Positions 1-9,500 of a stretch of 37,232 bases of DNA are shown here, in pieces (positions within the stretch are counted from its first letter, which is position 1; every line of letters begins with the position of its first letter). The stretch comes from a virus. The notes below the pieces were generated by a model, which did no database searches, was not told the origin of the DNA, and worked only from the letters and a program-made list of their open reading frames with translations. The translations under genes were made by a program, and so were the position numbers. Where the stretch lies: IMG/VR virus record IMGVR_UViG_3300025637_000004. The stretch is one strand, 5' to 3'.

Positions 1-127
1 AAATAAAGTCAGCAATTCCATCTATACACTTTGCAAGAGTTAATAAACAGTCGTTTGACGCCGGTTACAAATGGCAGCTAGCGGCTAATCTAAAATTAAC
101 TGGGCGCGAGTGGATAGACTTTATCTC
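1..127. repeat. Terminal direct overlap, copy 1: bases 1-127 are identical to 37106-37232 (circularisation overlap; 37,105 unique bp)
   Basis: Both ends compared base by base and found identical over 127 nt. The overlap lies inside one continuous ORF (exonuclease), so it is an assembly junction, not a physical terminal repeat. Confidence 0.95.
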
Positions 128-311
128 GTATTGTGCTGCATTTCCAGAAGGCAAAAAGCTTTACGTTTATCGCTGCGAAAAAGTTGATTTTAAAACAGAG
201 TTTGAAATGATCGATGAAAGACTCGCTGAATTTTTGAAGCTGGTTGAAGAAACGAAAGAAATAATTTTAACTAAACATTATTCCATAATTAATAAAGAGT
301 CTCTGCAATGA
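1..311 (+). CDS. YqaJ / lambda-Exo-like PD-(D/E)XK recombination exonuclease, C-terminal part. Codon phase starts at base 3; it continues from 36766 across the junction, 216 aa in total.
   Basis: Translating from base 3 gives IKSAIPSIHFARVNKQSFDAGYKWQLAANLKLTGREWIDFISY...KESLQ*. The stop is TGA at 309-311, overlapping the ssb ATG (ATGA). The frame is continuous with 36766..37105. Confidence 0.85.
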   Translation, partial: IKSAIPSIHFARVNKQSFDAGYKWQLAANLKLTGREWIDFISYCAAFPEGKKLYVYRCEKVDFKTEFEMIDERLAEFLKLVEETKEIILTKHYSIINKESLQ

Positions 312-700
312 ATATTTTTACTTTTACCGGAAATCTTGGAAAAGATTCTGAAGTTAAAACAACTCAATCAGGAATGAGCGTCTGTTCTTTTAGTGTCGCT
401 GTAACGTCAGGCTATGGCGATAAGAAAAAAACAACATGGGTAGCTTGCGCGTTATTCGGCAAGAGAGCTGAAGGAGGTTTGCCGCAATATTTAAAGAAAG
501 GGGCTTCTGTTGGTGTTAGTGGCGAAGCTACGCTTGACGAATGGCAAGGTAACGATGGCACTATTCAGAAAATGCTAAAAGTAAATGTTGATAAGCTTGA
601 TTTGCTCGGCAGCCAAAAACAGCAATCGAATCAACCCCAAATTCAGCAACAGCCACCTGCACAGCTTGATCAATCTTTTGAAGATGAGATTCCTTTTTAA
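308..700 (+). CDS. ssb: Single-stranded DNA-binding protein (OB fold, acidic C-terminal tip)
   Basis: N-terminus MNIFTFTGNLGKDSEVK...W, then a Q/P-rich linker and the terminal motif FEDEIPF typical of bacterial and phage SSB. Confidence 0.9.
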   Translation: MNIFTFTGNLGKDSEVKTTQSGMSVCSFSVAVTSGYGDKKKTTWVACALFGKRAEGGLPQYLKKGASVGVSGEATLDEWQGNDGTIQKMLKVNVDKLDLLGSQKQQSNQPQIQQQPPAQLDQSFEDEIPF

Positions 701-726
701 ATAAAAAAGAATTCAACGAGAATTTT

Positions 727-1305
727 ATGATTACTCAAGCACGATTAAAAGAAGTTTTAGCTTACGATTCCGAGTCTGGGTTGTTTACTTGGAAGGTTTC
801 ACGTAATGGTGTTTCCGCTGGAAAGGTAGCTGGAAATGTCCACAAAAACACAGGTTATGTAGCAATAAAGATTGATTATATTGTGCACAGTGCACATCGG
901 CTAGCTTTTCTTTATATGACTGGAGCCTTTCCAGAAAACCAAACCGACCACATCAACGGCGTCACGCATGACAATCGATGGAGAAATTTGCGCCCCGTTA
1001 CTATCTCTGAGAATCTTCGGAATCAGGCTAAGGGCAAAAATAACAGGTCGGGGATAACTGGGGTGTGTTGGGAAAAAAGATGTCGTAAATGGAGATCTAC
1101 CATAAACATTGACGGGAAACAAAAACATATTGCTTATTTCGACCACCTCTTTGAAGCGGTCGCAGCGAGAAAGTCAGCAGAATTAGAGTACGGCTACCAT
1201 CCAAACCACGGCCGCATAGCCTTTGGATCGCGAGAGAACCGCCGACCAATAAGCAACCGAGCTAACTTAACTGCGCGAATTGGAATTAAACGAATTTCCG
1301 TCTGA
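727..1305 (+). CDS. Free-standing HNH homing endonuclease with an AP2-like DNA-binding domain
   Basis: HNH_3-type motif DHINGVTHDNRWRNLRPVTISENLRN, followed by AP2-like SGITGVCWEKRCRKWRSTINIDGKQKHIAYF. Confidence 0.85.
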   Translation: MITQARLKEVLAYDSESGLFTWKVSRNGVSAGKVAGNVHKNTGYVAIKIDYIVHSAHRLAFLYMTGAFPENQTDHINGVTHDNRWRNLRPVTISENLRNQAKGKNNRSGITGVCWEKRCRKWRSTINIDGKQKHIAYFDHLFEAVAARKSAELEYGYHPNHGRIAFGSRENRRPISNRANLTARIGIKRISV

Positions 1306-1318
1306 GAGCGGGAATACT

Positions 1319-1363
1319 GCCCACCACCTTAACTGGAGACAGTCGGCGTGGTGGTGGGCTTTT
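1319..1363 (+). terminator. Hairpin plus T-run after the HNH gene
   Basis: GCCCACCACC (1319-1328) pairs with GGTGGTGGGC (1350-1359), followed by TTTT (1360-1363). The 21-nt loop is long, so confidence is moderate. Confidence 0.5.
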
Positions 1364-1378
1364 AAGGAGAGATAAACG

Positions 1379-1582
1379 ATGTCACAAATAGAGAAGTTGA
1401 TTAACAACAAAGAAATTGCAGAAATGCTTGGGGTATCAATTAATACTTGGCGCGATATGCGAAAAGAAAGCCCAGCACCGATTCAATTTGGTAAAAATTT
1501 ATTCAGGCAATCTGATATTGAAAAGTGGCTTGACGCGAGAAGTCATAGCAGGTCTGCCAAAGCTTCTGCGTCAGCGCGGTAA
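1379..1582 (+). CDS. xis: AlpA/Xis-type excisionase or small HTH DNA-binding protein
   Basis: Strong SD AGGAGA upstream. The motif EIAEMLGVSINTWRDMRKESPAPIQFGKNLFRQSDIEKWL matches the AlpA/excisionase HTH_17 pattern. The gene sits next to int. Confidence 0.7.
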   Translation: MSQIEKLINNKEIAEMLGVSINTWRDMRKESPAPIQFGKNLFRQSDIEKWLDARSHSRSAKASASAR

Positions 1583-2496
1583 TAAGTGAGCAACATTGAT
1601 AGTTCTTTGTGGCCGGTAACTTTAGCTAGCTCTAGAACATCCAGTTTTTTGGATAGTCGTATTGTTGCCTCCCTTCGTGAATCGTGAAAGGTAACGCCGT
1701 CAATGCCTGCATTCTTGCGGGCTCGCATAAACGACGTACTGACTTGCATGGGGGATATTCTAAATCCATCCTCACCGGCAAATTTCCAAAGCTCAAGTGC
1801 TTTAGTTGATAATGGAACGCTACGGGTCTCCCCATTTTTTGAGTCGCTAACAAAAGCCACTCGGCCAGTGACGTCTTCTTTGCGTAAAGCGCAAATTTCA
1901 CCGCAGCGCATAGCAGTCTCGATGGCAAACAAGAACACCAGCGAGGCTTTGCCGGATACAGAATTAGCGCCCATGTTCATTGCCTTGGTCAAAGCGGCAA
2001 TTTCCTCATCGGTAAACCGCCTATCTCTCGGTCTGGAGTCCTTTGGTTTTTTCACATCAGCGACAGGATTGGAGGCGATCCATTGCCACTCCTTTCTCGC
2101 CGTCTCAATGGCTGCTGACAGCAAAGCAAACTCTCGGCGAACCGACGCACCCATAACATCTTTTAATCGAACGTCGCGCCACTGAGCAATATCAGAGCTA
2201 GATAATTCTTCTAGGGGTATATGGCCAATCAGTTTAGACATTGACGAAAGTCTTACCCGCTCCCATCTTCGGCCCTTTTTGTGCTCTGACACATCTTTAG
2301 AGTATCTATCAAACAAATCACCAAGGGTTTTGCCTTTGCCGCTGTGTGCGTGTTTTATAGCTTTCTCGCGAGAGTATGCCCAATCGGACGCCTCGCCTTT
2401 AGTCTCAAAAGATTTAGATTCTCTGACCTCGCCGGAAACGGTCGTTAACTGTATTTGTACTCTCCAGCGTTTGCCACTCTTTTTTATGCTAGCCAT
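1543..2496 (-). CDS. int: Tyrosine recombinase (phage integrase)
   Basis: SAM-like N-terminal core, then the catalytic region with ..MRCGEICALR.., ..TFHDSRREA.., ..GHKELSMLLTYYR (R-H-R-Y signature). It lies adjacent to attP. Confidence 0.92.
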   Translation of the reverse strand: MASIKKSGKRWRVQIQLTTVSGEVRESKSFETKGEASDWAYSREKAIKHAHSGKGKTLGDLFDRYSKDVSEHKKGRRWERVRLSSMSKLIGHIPLEELSSSDIAQWRDVRLKDVMGASVRREFALLSAAIETARKEWQWIASNPVADVKKPKDSRPRDRRFTDEEIAALTKAMNMGANSVSGKASLVFLFAIETAMRCGEICALRKEDVTGRVAFVSDSKNGETRSVPLSTKALELWKFAGEDGFRISPMQVSTSFMRARKNAGIDGVTFHDSRREATIRLSKKLDVLELAKVTGHKELSMLLTYYRADAEALADLL

Positions 2497-2507
2497 TTTT
2501 AGTTACT

Positions 2508-2722
2508 TTTGCGGGATTTGTGGGGGAAAGACTAGATTTTTATCCCGCAATTTGCAACAACTTGATACTATATGATAATGAAGTGCGTGAGTATTTGTAT
2601 AAAAAACAACAACTTAACACTATTTAATATTTTATTATATTTTGTAATGGTGCCGAAGGCGGGACTTGTATATTCGTTATAATTCAATAACTTACGTTAC
2701 TTTGTGCGGGATATTTGGGGGG
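2508..2722. other. attP region: core flanked by direct arm-type repeats
   Basis: TTTGCGGGATTTGTGGGGG (2508-2526) and GTGCGGGATATTTGGGGGG (2704-2722) are direct repeats flanking the core. An inverted copy ATCCCGCAA lies at 2542-2550. The region is non-coding and AT-rich, next to int. Confidence 0.7.
2648..2668 (-). other. attP core, identical to the 3' end of a tRNA (tRNA-Leu type). This is a fragment, not a gene.
   Basis: The minus strand reads CAAGT-CCCGC-CTTCGGC-A-CCA, which is T-loop end, T-stem 3' strand, acceptor 3' strand, discriminator A and CCA. No D or anticodon arms lie upstream. Confidence 0.7.
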
Positions 2723-2804
2723 CACTAAAAAAGGGGGGAGTTAATACTTCCGTAAATACTCGTTAAAACACATGTTACCGGCCAGAATACCCGCCAAGAC
2801 ATTT

Positions 2805-3188
2805 TTAAAAAGGCCAAGTATCTCCTGCCAATTGGTCAGAATCATCGTCAATCGGGAGGCCAGATTTTACAGAACTTGCGTAACTATGCAGCTGCAATGA
2901 CCGCATACCGCGCGCTGTAATGACAGCTTCCAGCATCTCTATTAAATCATCTTTGGTCAAATCTTCTGTCGAATTATCAGCCATTGTCCAAGGTAGCGTA
3001 GTAACGCCTAAGTTATCCCAGATTATTATTGCATTATCCATGCGATCGATAGCTTTTTCATGACAATCTACTGTTATAGCACCCACTGTAATATTTACAT
3101 CAACTGGCAATATTTCTCTTTCATCACGAATCGCATTAACAATGGCTCGCTGCTCAGTCACTTTTTCTGAAGCTAAGTTTAAAATCAT
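2805..3188 (-). CDS. Tail-fibre-associated protein, DUF4376-like (last gene of the late operon)
   Basis: Located downstream of the host-specificity gene. The pattern ...IIIWDNLGVTTLPWTMADNSTEDLTKDDLIEMLEAVITARG... resembles the DUF4376 W..dN..v.lt..el..l signature. The start overlaps the upstream stop (ATGA-type). Confidence 0.4.
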   Translation of the reverse strand: MILNLASEKVTEQRAIVNAIRDEREILPVDVNITVGAITVDCHEKAIDRMDNAIIIWDNLGVTTLPWTMADNSTEDLTKDDLIEMLEAVITARGMRSLQLHSYASSVKSGLPIDDDSDQLAGDTWPF

Positions 3189-3568
3189 GCCGCTGTAACC
3201 TCTAAAGTAGTATCTAAAGCCAGTGGGTGAGTTAGTAGTATCTGGTAAACTCCTGCCAGATCAGTACCGAATACAATGACACCTTCAGTCTCTTGCTCAC
3301 TTTCACTGTTAACAGTGGCAATACACCCATTAGGTAAATCTGTGATAGTAGCAACATCAACTCCATCGGCGGCAATGGCAGTCACATCTACCGCGTAAGA
3401 AATATCTATTTTTTCCTCTAATTCTTCTGAAGCTATATCAAAATAATAGCCTTCCCTTAAATCACCATCAAAAAAAACATAATTATCAGGGTACAACTCA
3501 ACTTCAGGAGAATTGTCGTACATTATCCACGTTCCCGTTTCATTGCTAAAAGCAGTTTTGCCTGTCAT
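3185..3568 (-). CDS. Hypothetical tail-tip-associated protein
   Basis: 4-nt overlaps with both neighbours indicate translational coupling within the tail module. No motif recognised. Confidence 0.5.
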   Translation of the reverse strand: MTGKTAFSNETGTWIMYDNSPEVELYPDNYVFFDGDLREGYYFDIASEELEEKIDISYAVDVTAIAADGVDVATITDLPNGCIATVNSESEQETEGVIVFGTDLAGVYQILLTHPLALDTTLEVTAA

Positions 3569-6500
3569 CTTTTACCTCCCATTAGAACTATTTGACCTGA
3601 ACAATTTGTTCTAAAATAACCAACAGTATATCCAATAGAAAAATTCCAATCTCCTGTTAATTCTGTGCCAACAGCATAGGTTACTGTTCCCGCTCCCGGA
3701 TTATCGGTAAACCAAACATCAAACTCATAGTCGCCGGCAGGAGGGCTTAGATTGCTAATATTTCCTATTTTGACAAAATCACCGCTGCCGATTTTTCGCA
3801 ACAAAATTACTCTCCAATCCCTAATGAATCCTACTTTTTGCAGGTTGCCATTAAAACGCACATTTAACATTACCGATGTTTGTGCCATCGCATTTGCAAA
3901 AGAAAATGTTGTTACTGTATGCGGAAGATTTTGGAAAAAATACGTATCGGGATAATATGCATACAAAGTGTGTATTGCAGCATTAAATGCAACCAGCTTT
4001 GGTATAAAAATAGTCTGATTATTTTCTATCTGTAGAGTGCCAATTGCTGCGGTTTTAATCTGTGCAGTATCAATAGCAGCGCCTGATATATATGTAGAAA
4101 TATTGTCAGCGTTTATCTGTGATAGTGTTGCAAAATCCGTTTGCCCAACGACATTTAAAGCTGTGTTAGAGCCAGTGTTGTCAGCGTTAGTTGGAGGGCC
4201 ACCAGTTACATCAGAATAGTTTTGATTTGAATTCAATAGCGCGTTATTTGATGGTTGACCACCAATGTTACTGCCCCATGTAGCTCCGGCCGTTGCATTA
4301 GATGGTGGCTTAGTTCCACTAATGAAATTACTTGAATAATCTACCGTACTCAAATAACTTAACGGGAATTTTTCTATGGCGTCGATTTTTTGCGGAGTTA
4401 ACCCTTCGTTTAGTACAAAACCTGCTCCTTGGGTCACGCTAATCTGAGCATAACCGACGTAAACTTGCACAAACGCGGCTACTGTATCACTGGAAAAGTT
4501 TTGTTCACCTTGCGGGCCAAAAGCTTTGTCATAGCGTGTCCATGTGGAGGTTATAGGAGTATTTGAAAGAGTTTGTAGGTATTGATATGCTGCCGAAGAT
4601 CCACTAGCAGTAACACACTGCAGCCGAAGATATACTCTACCGTCCCCACTTACGGATCTAAACCAGCCAGACAAATTATAGTTTTTAGTTATATCGATTG
4701 GGATGGTAGCTGCGGTCGTCCACCGTCCTGTCGCACCAGAGAGAGTCGCTGTAATCGCAGTATGAAATATTCGTTGGTCAAGCTTCCCCCACGGAGGAAT
4801 CTCACTTACAGTTGCATTTTTTACATATGACTCTGAAACATTATTTGTATAGTGAGTCCAGCCCTCAACAACTTGACTAGCAGTTGAACTAGCAGGCGTT
4901 TTTGGCCCACCAAGCTCAGCATTGCGAATGAGGTTTGGCCCGACATTAGCTTCTGCATCACTAGGCGGTTTAGTACCAGTAATGAAATTACTCGAATAAG
5001 CTACGCTGTTTAAACTAGCTAATGAGCCTTGGTCTGCAAAACCCGCCGCAATGTTTGCGCTAGTAACATCAGCGTCTATATGGGGTTTATCGCCTTGTAT
5101 ATCACCAAACGTTTGTAAGTTATTAAGTAGAGCACTGGCGTCAGGTCTCTCTGGAATGTTTTCCCAGTTTGTTTTAGTAGTCCCCGGATTCCATTCTGAA
5201 AGCTCTGTCTGGTTAGTAAATGCTCTGGCCAACATTGGGCGAGTAGCATACAAAAAAGAATCTACAGAACCAGATTCAGTACCTTTTTTCTGTATACAGA
5301 GCCTGCCGTAACTCACGTCCGCAATGTTAGGGACAGTGACAAACCCACCCATTCGCTTATACCCGTCTATATCTGTGCCGCCACTTGCTTCATCAGGATA
5401 AATGGTTTCTATGGTTGTGCTACTTAAATAAACTTGAGTAGAACTAAGCCATACAACAAGTAGTACGGCTTCGCATCTAAGCGCACCAACATAAAGAGAG
5501 CCTTCTAGCCTTTCGCCTATAGTGACGGGTGTGTTATCCGTACTCCCAAGCGTGCCAAAATTTATGTTAGTTAATTGATTCGGATCAGGGTTGGTGCTCG
5601 CTTGCTGAACAAAAACTGTGTGGCCGTTTTTTAACGTCGTAGAAGGACTATAATCTAAGCCAACTGTGACAGGGCCGGGCTGCCAAAAAGATATATTTTG
5701 CAAGCCTTCATCAAAAGAGGCATTAGCCACAAGATTTAAGCCAGAACCTACGGCTAAATTAGATGAATCTGCACCTACAGTGGCATCAGGGTTGGCACTC
5801 AATACTTCAACAACAACACCGTCAACTTGAACTTGCCCCGGTGCATCGTTGTAATTAACTATAAAATGAGGTCTGAAGTATTTAGCATCTTCATGCAATG
5901 TTGCTGGACTATCATAAGAATTGGTAGTAACTCCATTTCCTGTAGTATTAGAGCCTGAAAAGAATCCAACATACGTAACCCACTCAGTACCTGGAGTAGC
6001 GCCTGATGCAGCAAAATAATGCTGACTGCTATAACTAGCAGCCCCGTTCTTGTTTACCCAGTTAGTATCAGTTGCGTTTCTCCCACTAACACCAAGATAC
6101 AAAAATCCTGTTCCCGAAAGCCTTTTTACTCTGAAGGCTATTCTATAAATCTTTGAAGGGTTATAAGGAATACTTTTATTAAAAACAAGCCAAGCCTCAT
6201 CATTACCGCTATTGTTGCCAATTTGTAGAACTTTTCCCCCAACTTCTCCACCTGCTGCTATCGTTAATTCTAATTCGCCTGCACCATTTGAAAGTCCAGT
6301 CCAAGGAAGCTCAGAAATAGAGTCATATTGAAAAGTTTCAAGCATACCAGTGCTAGCAGAAAGCTCTGTATCACTCGGTTGACCAGTAACATTATTACCC
6401 CAAGTGGCACCTTCTGTGGCATTAGGATCTACTATCGATGCGGGAGAGCGACCATATCCCCAAGCACTAGCTGAAGCTACGTTATCTCTTGAAGTCGTGA

Positions 6501-9500
6501 TAGCTTCACCAAATACTACAGCGGTGGCGCTCGGTGTGAATGGAACCCAAGTAGTGTTGTCATCGTATGACCATTGCTGACCTTCTTTTTTTGCAAATAC
6601 TTTATCGACGGCCACACTGTTAACTAAATAAGGCCGCGTATATCCTGTTAAGTCTGCCGGATCTGGGTCATATACTAAAAACCCAGTTGTAGTGCCATTG
6701 CCAGTTAAAATTTTACCCTGAATACTGATCTGCTCGCCGTTGTAACTTATGTATCCAGGGATGTCAGCTGCCTGACCTTCAGCGTTAAAACCATGTATGT
6801 AAATTTCACCGTTATTTGCTGACTCAAAAGTAAGATAATTACTTTTAGCACCAATACTTGGCGAATTTACAGCAGCATTCGCTGGAGGCTTAGTACCGCC
6901 GACTCTGCTGTAATCAACGTTCTGACCTGACCCAAATATAACGTTACCATCGTCGTCTTTAATAGTCAGGTTACGAGTATCAACTTTATCCGAAGTAATG
7001 GTGTTAGCTACCAGCTTATCGCCGGTAATAGTGCCGCCGACAATTTTAGCTGCGGTCACGCTGTTAACTGCGAGTTTATCTGCCGTCACGGCAGAAGCTT
7101 TGATGGCCGAGGCCTCTATGGCGTTAACTGAAACCTTATCCGCCGTAATACTGTTTGCTGACAGCTTATCTGCCGACACCGCACCGCTGACAATTTTATC
7201 GGCCGTAATACTGTTTGCTGCCAGCTTATCTGCCGACACCGAGCCGCTTACAATCTTATCCGCCGCCACACTGTTTGCGCTGAGTTTATCGGCCGAAATA
7301 ACACCACTTACAATCTTAGCCGCCGTAATACTGTTTGCTGCAATCAAATCCGCTGTAATAGCGTTTGCTGCGACCTTCTCGGTGGATATGGCGCTGTTTG
7401 TAATGTCCGTGCCAACGATAGGAAACTTGCCCGATAAGCCAGATAGTGTAACTTCTGCGGCTGTAAGATCGCCATCCAAAGTACTAACAGTACCTGCCAA
7501 TACCTCTAAGTCAGTATCTAAAGTAACTAGCGTTGCTTCTGCAGCATCTAAATCTAACTGAACAGCAGCGATATCGTCTTCGATAGCTGTTAAATCGATA
7601 TTTACACCGACTCCTGTAACTGAATATTGAACAGGGTAATTCAATTCATCAAAGCCCCATTTATCAAAGGCTGCGATTTTAAAATACCAAGCTACGCCAT
7701 CTGCTGTTGGATATTGATAAAGCGCAAAGCCAGCATCCATAGTTGCCAGTGTTGTTAAACTTGGCGTAAAGCCGTTAGTTGTGCTTGCCCAAATTGCAAC
7801 GCCTTGTCTATCTCCTTCCTGTGAGGGCGTCCATTCAATTACCGCTTGTTCTATTCCAGCGGATACAACAACACCTGTTAACTCCGCTACCTGCTCATTT
7901 TTAACCGTGATTTCTGCCGGTAAATTGCTGCGAACATTGTTAGCGTTTACGCCGTAAAGCTTTACGCGCATTTCACGCGATAACCCATTGAGCAAAGCAG
8001 TATCTACATCAAGACTAGTAGTTATACCTGTAACATTTTGCGACCACTTTATTACTGTTGGTGAAGATTCATTAGCATATTCAACATAATAACTTTGAGC
8101 CTGTACCGAATCTGTCCATTCGATATTTAAAACCGAGCTATTGAAAACTCCGCCAACGAGTTGTAAGCCGCTTGGAGTTTCGGGCGCATCAAAACTAGAT
8201 CCAGCCTCAATTTGGAATTCATACCACGCCCCGGTTTCTTCGTCTTGCGCTGCTATACGAATATCAACTGTCGCATTTTTCAAAGCCAATGTTATTGTTG
8301 GTTCAACTACAGTTTCCCGGCCTTCCCAAAGCGCGCCCGCATTGTAAGAATATTCGACAAAATACCTTTTTCCGTTTGGGTTCCAGCTAATTTTTACTAG
8401 TGGGTCTTGCGATGTTCCACCGTAAATAACCTGAACACCGCTAATAGATAAATCTTTGTCTCCCGCTGGGGGTTGTGGTGGTGGCGTTAAGATTGTTCCA
8501 GAATTAATTAGGGCATCGTATTGATGTACCCTCGGATCGTCTAATACCGCCCGTATTTTTACTGCAACTTCGCCCGACCTTGATATGTCTTCGACCAGCA
8601 TAGCGCGGGGAGTTTCTACCCCGTCAGCAAACGCAAAAAAGGTTTTAGTTTTTGCATTGCCAGTGTACAGATATGACGGAATTGAATCAGTTACATCAAC
8701 TTTATAAGGCTGGCCAACAACCTCTGTTACAGCATAAGCGGCCGATCTTGCACCATTATCTGCGCGTAAATAAATAAAATTATTAGAAGCGCCAAATTCT
8801 ACAGGCTCCGATAAAGTGAGCCTTTGACCGCTGACGGCTACAACCTCTCCGCCTTTGCCCCAGTTCATATAATGGCTGACAACTTGTAGCCCGTCTAAAT
8901 ACTGCGGCACCATCCCATCAAGTTCAGTGGTTATTTCTGTTACTATCGTTCTGTATGCAAATCGCGCTGCTAAAAACATACCTTCGCGATTGGCTTGCGT
9001 CGCGTCCGTTAAAAAAGGCATCTTTATTAGCTTTGGCTTTGCTCCAGCCGTACCGGGAATGGCGCATAATATCCGCTCTGGCTTCCAACTCGTTGGATCA
9101 GTATATTCAATTTCGATTGAATCATCCGCCCATTGATCCATCGTCTGAAACGTTACGTTAATTGGTTTGGTGGTGTTTCGGCCGTTCATCATGTAGGAAG
9201 CTTGTGGATTACCGTCATCTCTGACGACTGAAAAATAATCACCAAACTGGACAGGGTGTGAACGACAACTAGAGCAGACTTGTTTCAATGCAGCCCAAAG
9301 GGTTCCTTTCCTATCAAATTGGCCATCATAATAATCGCTTCTTGAGTCGCAAGCATCGGCAACGGCCTTTATTTCTGTTAAATTTAAATTTGAATCTGAA
9401 TAATCACCGCCATACTCTGCCCTTAAAATATTGGCATAAGCCCACATAGGATTTCTAGTTGCTGTTTCAGCAGACCAGACCGTGCCATTCCATATAGGAA

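Noticed and set aside
1-127. Terminal repeat as a biological DTR/LTR or the boundary of an inserted element
   Set aside because: The repeat is direct, lies in the middle of one continuous exonuclease ORF, and joining the ends restores the frame. It is a circularisation overlap of the assembly.
2640-2700. Possible tRNA gene on the minus strand
   Set aside because: Only the last 21 nt or so (T-loop end, T-stem 3' strand, acceptor 3' strand, ACCA) are tRNA-like. The sequence upstream (ATAACGAATATA...) cannot form D or anticodon arms. It is interpreted as the attP core.
6998-7561. 187-aa + strand ORF (Leu/Ala/Ser-rich)
   Set aside because: It lies entirely antisense to the decapeptide-repeat tract of the 2366-aa gene. 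Its low-complexity composition mirrors those repeats, so it is a shadow ORF.
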